A DNA stretch of 64,000 bases from Candidatus Nomurabacteria bacterium (GTDB taxonomy: Bacteria > Patescibacteriota > Minisyncoccia > Phycocordibacterales > UBA9973): assembly GCA_016699365.1 (NCBI GenBank), contig CP064973.1, forward strand, positions 139,920 through 203,919, in the 5' to 3' direction. The notes under the pieces are model-generated. The model had not been told where the DNA came from, did not search any database, and saw only the letters and a list, made by a program, of their open reading frames with translations. A program made the translations under genes and the position numbers. Positions 10,424 through 18,263 of the stretch are shown one piece after another (position 1 is the stretch's first letter; the number at the start of each line of letters is the position of its first letter).

Positions 10424-10451
10424 TAGACAAAATAAATTTTAGTGATATAAT
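10424..10451 (+). promoter_or_regulatory. Sigma70-like promoter (TAGACA-16-TATAAT) upstream of the esterase gene
   Basis: tagaca at 10424-10429, a 16-nt spacer, and tataat at 10446-10451. It lies about 35 nt upstream of the ATG at 10487 in a divergent intergenic region. Confidence 0.35.
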
Positions 10452-10486
10452 ATAAAAATTATCCTACTTTTTTTAAATAAAAAATA

Positions 10487-11377
10487 ATGAAAAAAATCAC
10501 AATACTCACATTACTTTCTTTAATTACAAGCATGTTCCTATTTACAAACGCACAGGCAGCGTTTGTTCCCTACGAATTAGAGACAATCTCTGACGTATAT
10601 TTTGGCACAGTCGATAGTACAGATCTCTACCTCGATGTAATCCGACCTATCGGTACCGCGTACGAAACTCCCGCTATCATATGGGTACACGGAGGAGGAT
10701 GGTCTGCTGGTACACGCTACCAAGAACCAGGTAGTGAGGCTTACACACTCGCAAGTTATGGCTACGCTATCGTCCCTGTAGACTACCGACTCACACCAAC
10801 AGGCACCCTACCTGAACAAATCCATGACGTTCGAGGAGCAATCCGCTTTATCCGAGCACATGCAGAAGAATACAATATCGATGCAGATCATATTGCAGTA
10901 CTCGGTTCGTCTGTCGGTGGAGCTATCGCTTACATGACAACACTTACAAATGATGATCCATTTTACTTTGGAGAAGTAGGAGGAAACCTAGACGAGAGCA
11001 ACGAAGTCCAAGCTGGAATAAACTTCTTCGGATCACTGTCAGTTGAAAGTATCGGAGAACTCAAACCTTCTCACAGAACAAAACTAGCAGACGCACTCGA
11101 CTGTGCCGATGTACTCACACTCGACTGTGCAGAAGAACTCGAGATCATCGACGTGAACTTACTCGCAAATGCAGGAGATGCTCCACTATATACCTTCCAT
11201 GGCAATGCTGACCTAAGTGTCCCCTACACACAGAGTGTCGAAATGTCAGCCGACATCACCGCACTCGGAGGAATATCTTTTCTCAAGATAATCCCAGGAT
11301 ACGATCATGAAATATCGATGATGAACACACAGATCCCTACCCTAAAAAGATTCTTCAAGAAATATTTGGGGGTGTAA
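10487..11377 (+). CDS. Secreted alpha/beta-hydrolase (esterase/lipase-like)
   Basis: Signal peptide MKKITILTLLSLITSMFLFTNAQA. IWVHGGGWSAGT oxyanion-hole motif and GSSVGG nucleophile elbow (GxSxG). Confidence 0.7.
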   Translation: MKKITILTLLSLITSMFLFTNAQAAFVPYELETISDVYFGTVDSTDLYLDVIRPIGTAYETPAIIWVHGGGWSAGTRYQEPGSEAYTLASYGYAIVPVDYRLTPTGTLPEQIHDVRGAIRFIRAHAEEYNIDADHIAVLGSSVGGAIAYMTTLTNDDPFYFGEVGGNLDESNEVQAGINFFGSLSVESIGELKPSHRTKLADALDCADVLTLDCAEELEIIDVNLLANAGDAPLYTFHGNADLSVPYTQSVEMSADITALGGISFLKIIPGYDHEISMMNTQIPTLKRFFKKYLGV

Positions 11378-11392
11378 AAATTGATTGTCATT

Positions 11393-11421
11393 AAAAAAAT
11401 CTACTTAGAGTAGATTTTTTT
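11393..11421. terminator. Bidirectional intrinsic terminator between convergent genes
   Basis: The hairpin aaatctact-tagag-tagattt is flanked by A and T runs. Confidence 0.5.
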
Positions 11422-11449
11422 AATGTTCCTAAAATATTTAAAAAGATTT

Positions 11450-12535
11450 TTATCTTTCATACACCTCAAAAGTTTTTTGAATCATTTGTTCTTTTGAAAA
11501 ATTACTTTTTACCCTCTCGTGCCCCAGCTCGCCCATTTTTTGTAAAGCAGGTTTATCTGAGAATATTTTTTCTAGGACCTCTGCCCATATTTCAGAACTA
11601 GAATCTCTAGGAATCAACACTCCGACATCACTCGACACTGCTTCAGATATTCCTCCAACATCACTTGCAAGCACTGCGCACCCCTCGGCCATCGCTTCGA
11701 GTATTGTCATTGGGAAACCTTCCCATAGTGTAGGTAAGACAAATACAGAACTTTCTCGTAAAGTTTTTCGTACAAGACTCCCATCGCACTCGCCCATCAT
11801 ATGTACATGTGCGCTCAAGTCCAACTTTTTAATTAATATCTCTAAATCAGGTCTTTGTGCCCCATCGCCTATAATAGACAGTTTCGGTAATTCCACACCT
11901 TTGTTTTTTAAAATATGAAGTGCGCGAATCAAAACTTCTGGTTGTTTTGGAGGAACAAGTCTACCAACAAAAACTATTGAATTTGTTTTCTCTGTAGATA
12001 TGTTGTCCACTATAGTTACGCCGTTATATACAGTAACCACTTTCTCATCTCGAAGTAACAAGAATTTTTTTATATTCTTTCTATCGTTTTCCGAAACAGC
12101 AATAATTTTTTTACAAAATCTAGATGCGATAAATTCTGCAACAATCGCAATTGGCTTTCTCCAGAGCGGAGCGCCTTTTGTAAACGCTATACCGTGAGCA
12201 GTGAAAATTGTTGGGTATTTTCTACCCAGAGCAAGTCTGCCGATAAACCCTGCAAAAGAACTATGAACTGAAATTATTTCAGGATTAAATTCTTTTGCGA
12301 CCACTCTCAAGTCTAGGTATGTTTGCAAAATAGAAAAAGGATTGAATGTATTACCAAGTTTTGAAGATACATACACTTCAAAGCCGTATTTGGTAGCTTC
12401 GTCTACCAAATACCCCTCACCTCCAGTTACGAGCAAGACCTGATCTCCTTTTTCTTTATGACTCAGCAAAAGTTCGTGGAGTACACTCTGCGCTCCACCA
12501 CGTTCTGCTTTTGTGATTAGATATAAAATACGCAT
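11450..12535 (-). CDS. Glycosyltransferase family 4
   Basis: MRILYLITKAERGGAQSV... and EGFPMTILEAMAEGCAVLASDVGGISEAV. Confidence 0.8.
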   Translation of the reverse strand: MRILYLITKAERGGAQSVLHELLLSHKEKGDQVLLVTGGEGYLVDEATKYGFEVYVSSKLGNTFNPFSILQTYLDLRVVAKEFNPEIISVHSSFAGFIGRLALGRKYPTIFTAHGIAFTKGAPLWRKPIAIVAEFIASRFCKKIIAVSENDRKNIKKFLLLRDEKVVTVYNGVTIVDNISTEKTNSIVFVGRLVPPKQPEVLIRALHILKNKGVELPKLSIIGDGAQRPDLEILIKKLDLSAHVHMMGECDGSLVRKTLRESSVFVLPTLWEGFPMTILEAMAEGCAVLASDVGGISEAVSSDVGVLIPRDSSSEIWAEVLEKIFSDKPALQKMGELGHERVKSNFSKEQMIQKTFEVYER

Positions 12536-14583
12536 TAAATTTTATCGAAGAAATATAAACTAACTTCAGGAAAAGATTTTATATTTTTATCTATATAAGA
12601 TACAACTTGCTGACTCTTTTCTATGTTTGGATTGATCGCAAGTCCTTTTTGCGCCCACTCACGAGCAAGATTAAATTTACCTTGATACAAAGACAGGACA
12701 GATTTCATCCAATACCCTTGTGGAATCTCAGGATTCATCTCTATAGCTTTGTCTAATACCAAACTTGCTTCCTCGAGCCTATTTACCCCAAGCAGATTGC
12801 TATACATCAACACATCGGCGTAGTTAAAATGCGCGCGAATATCATTTGGATGACTGTCTAAATAATTTTTGTATTCATTTGCAAATATCTCAAGTTCTTT
12901 TTTGAAGTTTTCTTGGTTTTTTGGATTTTCGATTGACGCTGGATTTTCTGATATTCCTCTTTGGAAATCAGTCGATGTTCTCCAGAGAAAAGAAGGCAGA
13001 TCCATAGGTGAACCAAAAAGTACAGGATACATCGGCAATCTCTTCTCAGCACTTCCAACTGTACGAATAGTTCCATTTGTATGTTCAGCTCGAGCTATAG
13101 GCATAGTCCCAGCGAAAAATGCCCAACCAAAATATCCAATCAAACAAACTGCACCTATATATTTTATATATACAGGAACAGCTAAAGTATGATTACTTTC
13201 TTTATTGTTTTCGATATAAGTTTTACGGTATAGATTTGAAGCTAGTGCAATCATAATCAAAACCGCAACCAGAGATATAGTGGTATCAAAAGCTGTTTGA
13301 AGTTCCGCTAAGTGTCCTAAAAAGTAAATTATCAATATTGAAGCTAAGAGTTGATCATTTTTTTCTTTTGATTTTAGTAACACATAAACTAGTGAACCCA
13401 GTACAACAAAATACACAAGCAGGTAGAAAGACAACCCAATATATCCAGTGTCTACTGCTTGATCGATAAATACATTGTGTGCTCTGTCGAACCAAGCTTC
13501 GTTACCGAAACGCTCTTCTAGAAGTCTATTGTCATAATTTTGTTCAAACCCTCGATCAAAGTTGTCAGTTCCCCATCCGAGCAATGGTCTTTCCTTTATC
13601 ATATTTGCAGATAGTTCCCAGACTATAGGTCTAGCACTTGTTGCCTGACTCAAATAAACTCCTCTTAGATACCCATCTTCAGCCAAGAAAGATCTTATCA
13701 GCACAGCAGAAGAGACTAGGGTTATTACTAGAGCACCCCATATCAGCCCTCTCCTTATCTTTGCACTTGATATTTTTGAACCGAAATAAAAAACTACTAA
13801 AGCAAAAAGTGATATAGCTAAAACATACGCACCCGCACGAGCTTCTCCGACAATCCCCATAGGATTAGTAACCAAATCCACCTGCCCCTTCCAAACCTTA
13901 TGACTTATGATATAAGGGTTTATAAAAAATGCGACAGGCAAAAGTCTATGCCACCACTTTTTTTCACTACTTTCTGTCGAGCGAACAAGGTATATAGAAA
14001 TCAAAAATGCAGCAAACAAATACATTGCAGCGAAAGTCGAGTTACCAAAAGAAAACCCATCCCACAACCTTGTTTTAAATATAAGACCCAATCCTTCCGG
14101 ACCTAGTAGAGATAGTACTGAAAAAATACCTGATGAAACTGCAAAAACCTTCAAGAAACCTCTTTGGACTTCTTCGTCTTTAAATAAATATGACAAGAAG
14201 TAGTAAATCATCACAAGATGAGAAAAGAAAAATATACCACTTACGCGTGCTGCCTTAGACCAAAAAGATATTGATGGATCTACACCGTTTAGACCAGCTA
14301 AAACCAAAACAATAAAATACATAGACAAAACTAAGGCTATAGGTGACTTGAAAAGTTTCACTTCCCTGTTTTTTTTAAATAGAGATATGGCAAATATGAT
14401 AGCCAGGATCTCAATTATAATCATCAGAAAAATAGCCCGGGATGATGTTCCGTTGTACAAATAACCTTTAAATAAAATTATTGGGAAAAGTGCAATAAAT
14501 CCCACCAAAACATATCTGATTAGTTCAAATATTCCACTTTTTAATTGATTTTTAGACATGCTTTTATTATACGCACCATTCAT
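12535..14583 (-). CDS. Polytopic membrane protein with Wzy_C/O-antigen-ligase-like domain and C-terminal TPR repeats (candidate oligosaccharyl/polysaccharide ligase)
   Basis: 682 aa. At least 10 hydrophobic segments are followed by a soluble C-terminal region with TPR-like repeats (...ASLVLDKAIEMNPEIPQGYWMKSVLSLYQGKFNLAREWAQKGLAINPN...). The architecture matches O-antigen ligase family proteins with TPR. Confidence 0.6.
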   Translation of the reverse strand: MNGAYNKSMSKNQLKSGIFELIRYVLVGFIALFPIILFKGYLYNGTSSRAIFLMIIIEILAIIFAISLFKKNREVKLFKSPIALVLSMYFIVLVLAGLNGVDPSISFWSKAARVSGIFFFSHLVMIYYFLSYLFKDEEVQRGFLKVFAVSSGIFSVLSLLGPEGLGLIFKTRLWDGFSFGNSTFAAMYLFAAFLISIYLVRSTESSEKKWWHRLLPVAFFINPYIISHKVWKGQVDLVTNPMGIVGEARAGAYVLAISLFALVVFYFGSKISSAKIRRGLIWGALVITLVSSAVLIRSFLAEDGYLRGVYLSQATSARPIVWELSANMIKERPLLGWGTDNFDRGFEQNYDNRLLEERFGNEAWFDRAHNVFIDQAVDTGYIGLSFYLLVYFVVLGSLVYVLLKSKEKNDQLLASILIIYFLGHLAELQTAFDTTISLVAVLIMIALASNLYRKTYIENNKESNHTLAVPVYIKYIGAVCLIGYFGWAFFAGTMPIARAEHTNGTIRTVGSAEKRLPMYPVLFGSPMDLPSFLWRTSTDFQRGISENPASIENPKNQENFKKELEIFANEYKNYLDSHPNDIRAHFNYADVLMYSNLLGVNRLEEASLVLDKAIEMNPEIPQGYWMKSVLSLYQGKFNLAREWAQKGLAINPNIEKSQQVVSYIDKNIKSFPEVSLYFFDKI

Positions 14584-14593
14584 CCAAAAACAA

Positions 14594-14621
14594 CAAAACC
14601 GCCCCGAAGGGCGGTTTTGTT
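14594..14621 (-). terminator. Intrinsic terminator (palindromic, usable on both strands) after the surface-protein gene
   Basis: The hairpin ccgccc-cgaa-gggcgg is flanked by an A-run and a T-run. Confidence 0.6.
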
Positions 14622-14651
14622 TACCTGTAAAATTTACAGTATCAAGCGAGA

Positions 14652-16658
14652 CTAGTTAAGAGTTCCGTATGAAGTCTTAAATGAGTCAAGGTTTGAAGTG
14701 TAAGAGTTACTTGGTGTTGCATCTGTTGATGTTGTTGTCCATCGGATTCCAGATAGTGCAGCGCGGTATAGACCTGCTGCTCCAGCTGTAGGAAGCTGAA
14801 CTGAAACCGTAACCTCAAATGTGTTTTCTTCACCATTTGTAAGTTCAAATAGACCTGCAGCATTTACAGAAGTGTTAGTTGTGTTAGCAAGTACAGCTGA
14901 AACTCCACCTGTTGTAGCAGTTCCTGCACGGTCAACAGTTACAGATGTGTAACCATCTGTGTTTGCACCTGTTGTATCGTCAGCAAGTGAAGAAACGTAA
15001 ATTGTTTCTCCAACAGCCTTCACCTTGTACTTGATAGTAAATGATCCTAGGTCATCGTTTGCTGATCCACCATCAGATATTGAACCAACTGAAGCTGATA
15101 CGAAAGTAACCATGATTCCGTTTGAGCGAAGCTGTTGAGCCTCACCTGTAGCAGTACCAGTTTTCTCTGTATCATCTGTCAATTGATCACCTTCTTCGTC
15201 CTCAGCATCAATGTAGTCATTGTTTGTTGAAGTCAAAGATGCAAGCAATGTGTCTCCTTCTGCGAATACAGTTCCATCGATTTCTTTTATGTCAGCTTGA
15301 ACTTCGAAGTCTACTGTATCACCAGCAGAAAGTGTGAAGTCTAGGTTATCGAATGTGATTGTACCTGTAAGAGCAGCAGTGATTGTCATTGTCTCTGTGT
15401 ATTCCTCACCGTCAATTATCAACTTAACAGATGTAGCGATATCATCGATACCGTTAGCAGTTCCTGAAGAAGTTGCTGTGAAAGTGATAGGAAGTTCATC
15501 GATAATGATGTCTGAATCTCCTTCTGCTTCAAGAGTTCCCATAAGTAGAGATACGTCATCTGTTGAACCTGTATCACTTACCAATGCGATTCCAGCTTCT
15601 GGTGAATCTGAGTCTAGTGTAACTACTAGTTCAGTATCAGCAGCATCTGAGAATGAAACGAAGTCAATAGTAACATCCATTCCTGGCATATCACCTGTTG
15701 AGTCATCAGTTGTTGTAACACCTGATCCATCAACGAATCTTATGTTAAGTACATCAACATCCCATGAATCTCCAGTAAGATCTGAAGAATCGAATGTTCC
15801 TGCAGCATTAACTACGATGTAGAAGTTCTCAGTTTCGTCTGCTCTAATAACAGCACCGTCAAGTGATACTGTTCTTGTGTAGATATCAGATGATTCTGTG
15901 AATTCATCAACGTCTGCTGAGCCAACTTCTGTTGAACCCATCATGATTGAGATTGAATCAATGTAGTCATCTAGGTGTAGTGAACCAGTGTTTCCAGTTG
16001 AATCGAATTGAATCTTCATAGATGAGATTTCGATATCACCATCGTTTGTAGCTTCAACTTCGAAACCTGCAACTGTAACATCATCTTGTCCCTCACCAAC
16101 CTCTTCGCCACTGTATGAACCAAGTTCTGTAACGTTAGAGATATCTCCGAAAGATCCTGCTAGAGGACCAGTTGGAGTTGTTGTTCCTGCACATGAAACT
16201 CCAGTTGTAGGAGAAAATCCTACTGTTGAAGTACATCCTGCTGGAAGAGTTGTAGCTGCAGCACATGAAGCGCCAGTTGTTACACTGTAGCCTGTGTTTG
16301 AAGTACATCCCGCTGGGTAAGAGCCAGTAGCCATACCGTTGATAGATGCTGCAGTCATAGGACCAACAACACCATCAGCTGTAAGACCGTGAGCTGATTG
16401 ATAAGAAACAACAGCTGCCTTAGTCAAAGGACCAAAGTTGCCGTCTGCAGTAAGACCTCCAAGAGCTGTCTGTAGGTTTACTACTTGTGTTCCACTTGAA
16501 CCTTGTGAAAGGTTTGGAGGAACTGTAACCAAAGCATATGTTGATTTTGCTAGTGCAAGAACTGCAACAAAAGCGAAAGCAACAACTGCGAATTTTGTAA
16601 ATTTACTCATAATTAAAATTATCCTTGTTAATCGCCGCGTGGTATTTTTCTTTATCAA
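14652..16658 (-). CDS. Secreted peptidoglycan-binding, Thr/Ser/Asp/Gly-rich acidic repeat protein (putative cell-surface protein). The probable true start is Met17 at about 16610.
   Basis: Signal peptide MSKFTKFAVVAFAFVAVLALA. Tandem PG_binding_1-like motif TQVVNLQTALGGLTADGNFGPLTKAAVVSYQSAHGLTADGVVGPMTAASI. Three copies of AGCTS-x-G(Y/F)S-x-TTG-x-SCA. A following roughly 500-aa low-complexity acidic T/S/D/G-rich region. Confidence 0.6.
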   Translation of the reverse strand: MIKKNTTRRLTRIILIMSKFTKFAVVAFAFVAVLALAKSTYALVTVPPNLSQGSSGTQVVNLQTALGGLTADGNFGPLTKAAVVSYQSAHGLTADGVVGPMTAASINGMATGSYPAGCTSNTGYSVTTGASCAAATTLPAGCTSTVGFSPTTGVSCAGTTTPTGPLAGSFGDISNVTELGSYSGEEVGEGQDDVTVAGFEVEATNDGDIEISSMKIQFDSTGNTGSLHLDDYIDSISIMMGSTEVGSADVDEFTESSDIYTRTVSLDGAVIRADETENFYIVVNAAGTFDSSDLTGDSWDVDVLNIRFVDGSGVTTTDDSTGDMPGMDVTIDFVSFSDAADTELVVTLDSDSPEAGIALVSDTGSTDDVSLLMGTLEAEGDSDIIIDELPITFTATSSGTANGIDDIATSVKLIIDGEEYTETMTITAALTGTITFDNLDFTLSAGDTVDFEVQADIKEIDGTVFAEGDTLLASLTSTNNDYIDAEDEEGDQLTDDTEKTGTATGEAQQLRSNGIMVTFVSASVGSISDGGSANDDLGSFTIKYKVKAVGETIYVSSLADDTTGANTDGYTSVTVDRAGTATTGGVSAVLANTTNTSVNAAGLFELTNGEENTFEVTVSVQLPTAGAAGLYRAALSGIRWTTTSTDATPSNSYTSNLDSFKTSYGTLN

Positions 16659-17213
16659 AAATACTCGCTAGCCATACACGTAATTAATAGTCTAGTTTCG
16701 ACGAAACTAAATTGGTGTGTATGTTGTGCCCGATACTTATCACCGAACACTGTTCAGGCACTTAATTAAGGTGTCTGAACCTTTTGAACTCTCCGATAGG
16801 GAGAATTCATTCTGCCTTGTCGACAGGGCATATTTATCAGTATGTCGCCAAGTGAAAAACAAAAACATCGCGCCAATAAATTGGACGCGAAAAATTATTT
16901 GATTTTCAATGAGCGATCATATTGAAACGAAACACTTTGTTCTTGTCTATGTTCCTATCAACAAACAACAAGAACGTTCTGACAGTGTAGCATATTCTTT
17001 AAAAATAAGCCACAACTGTACATATTCATTATAAGACCCACAATGTTTTAAAGCATAGCGGCTTATGTGGATAACTTGTTAAATAGCAAGCTATTTTTGT
17101 TATCTATGAATATTGAAGCTTCTAGGCTCTATAGGTGTTATCACCCATAAACAGACTTTTCGGCTTCATATAACTAGACGATATATATAGTATGTTTCTT
17201 ACAAATAAAAACT

Positions 17214-18128
17214 CTATATAAGTGAGTATTTTGACCAACGCTTCTCCCCTGTCTTTTTGAGAATATTGTCCTTTACAAGAGCGGTTAATTCACGCTGAAG
17301 TGTCTTTTCGCTACAGTTCTTAACTATAAGAGAAATGTCCTTTACGGTTACTGAGTTATTGTTCTTTAGTGCTAATAGTATTGAATTTCTTCGCTCATTT
17401 TTAATTGCTATATCAACTTTTTTAGATTGACCTGCTTGCTTGTCCTTTTTACTTTCTGTGTTTATGTCTTTTATATTTTTTGTATTAGTGTGTCCTTTAT
17501 AAAAATCGTTTGTTGCAGGACCGGACTGTCCTTGACCATTAGATTTATTTAAAAATATCTTTAGTAGATTATTCTCTTCCGATATTTCAGTAGGTTCACT
17601 TTTAAATTCTTCGCTTGGTCCGAAAGTAAAATTTTTCAAAAAATCAGCTCTTTCTAGATCTAAAGATTTCAATCCTTCTATTGTAAATACAGACTTATTA
17701 TTTTGAATTCTGAGCATAACTAAGTCACTTGAAAGTTTGGTAAGTTCCCGCATTAAAACACTACTGTTCATGGTACCTATAAGTCCAACTATTTGAGATA
17801 TTTCTAGAAAAGAAAGTAGGCTTCTGATTATTTGCTCAGCAGATTCAATTTCAAAGTTTGTCTTTATTGCTGTTTTATTGTCCGTTAGACCAATAGTTTT
17901 TAGAAGGTCCAAAGATGATGTCCTTAATGAACTTTTCATTGGCTCTCCGTCTTCTATGCATTCTGTGACCATATATAAAGCAGTAACTATCTTCTGTGTC
18001 CTTTTAAGCAAAGAACTGGCTTTTGTATTCTGGGCTTTATTTTCAACAGAGAATACAGGAGAACCTATTTCCCCTTCATTTCTGTTTTCTATGTGACTAT
18101 TAGACGAGATGTCCTTTTTAATATCCAT
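17214..18128 (-). CDS. Hypothetical protein with C-terminal winged-helix (DeoR/HTH_11-like) DNA-binding motif
   Basis: C-terminus NSVTVKDISLIVKNCSEKTLQRELTALVKDNILKKTGEKRWSKYSL matches the HTH_11/DeoR-type wHTH pattern. The N-terminal 230 aa have no recognisable motif. Confidence 0.35.
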   Translation of the reverse strand: MDIKKDISSNSHIENRNEGEIGSPVFSVENKAQNTKASSLLKRTQKIVTALYMVTECIEDGEPMKSSLRTSSLDLLKTIGLTDNKTAIKTNFEIESAEQIIRSLLSFLEISQIVGLIGTMNSSVLMRELTKLSSDLVMLRIQNNKSVFTIEGLKSLDLERADFLKNFTFGPSEEFKSEPTEISEENNLLKIFLNKSNGQGQSGPATNDFYKGHTNTKNIKDINTESKKDKQAGQSKKVDIAIKNERRNSILLALKNNNSVTVKDISLIVKNCSEKTLQRELTALVKDNILKKTGEKRWSKYSLI

Positions 18129-18263
18129 GTCCTTTATAAATTAGATGTGTCCTTAATAAAATTCGGCTCACTAAAAATCGTGTCCATTATATATGAGACA
18201 TCATGCATTTGTAAAGCAAATGGGAAAATATCTTTATAAAATAAAAGGAAAAATGCTATACTA

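Noticed and set aside
16717-16902. The 61-aa ORF in the long intergenic region treated as a real gene
   Set aside because: It has no start context, motif or signal peptide. Its composition is typical of random AT-rich ORFs.
16659-17213. tRNA or other canonical RNA gene in the long intergenic region (also checked 25213-25536, 45039-45296 and 57049-57176)
   Set aside because: No sequence had a 7-bp acceptor stem together with a GTTCRANYC-type T-loop and D-loop features. Only simple hairpins were seen, so no tRNA, rRNA or tmRNA was called.
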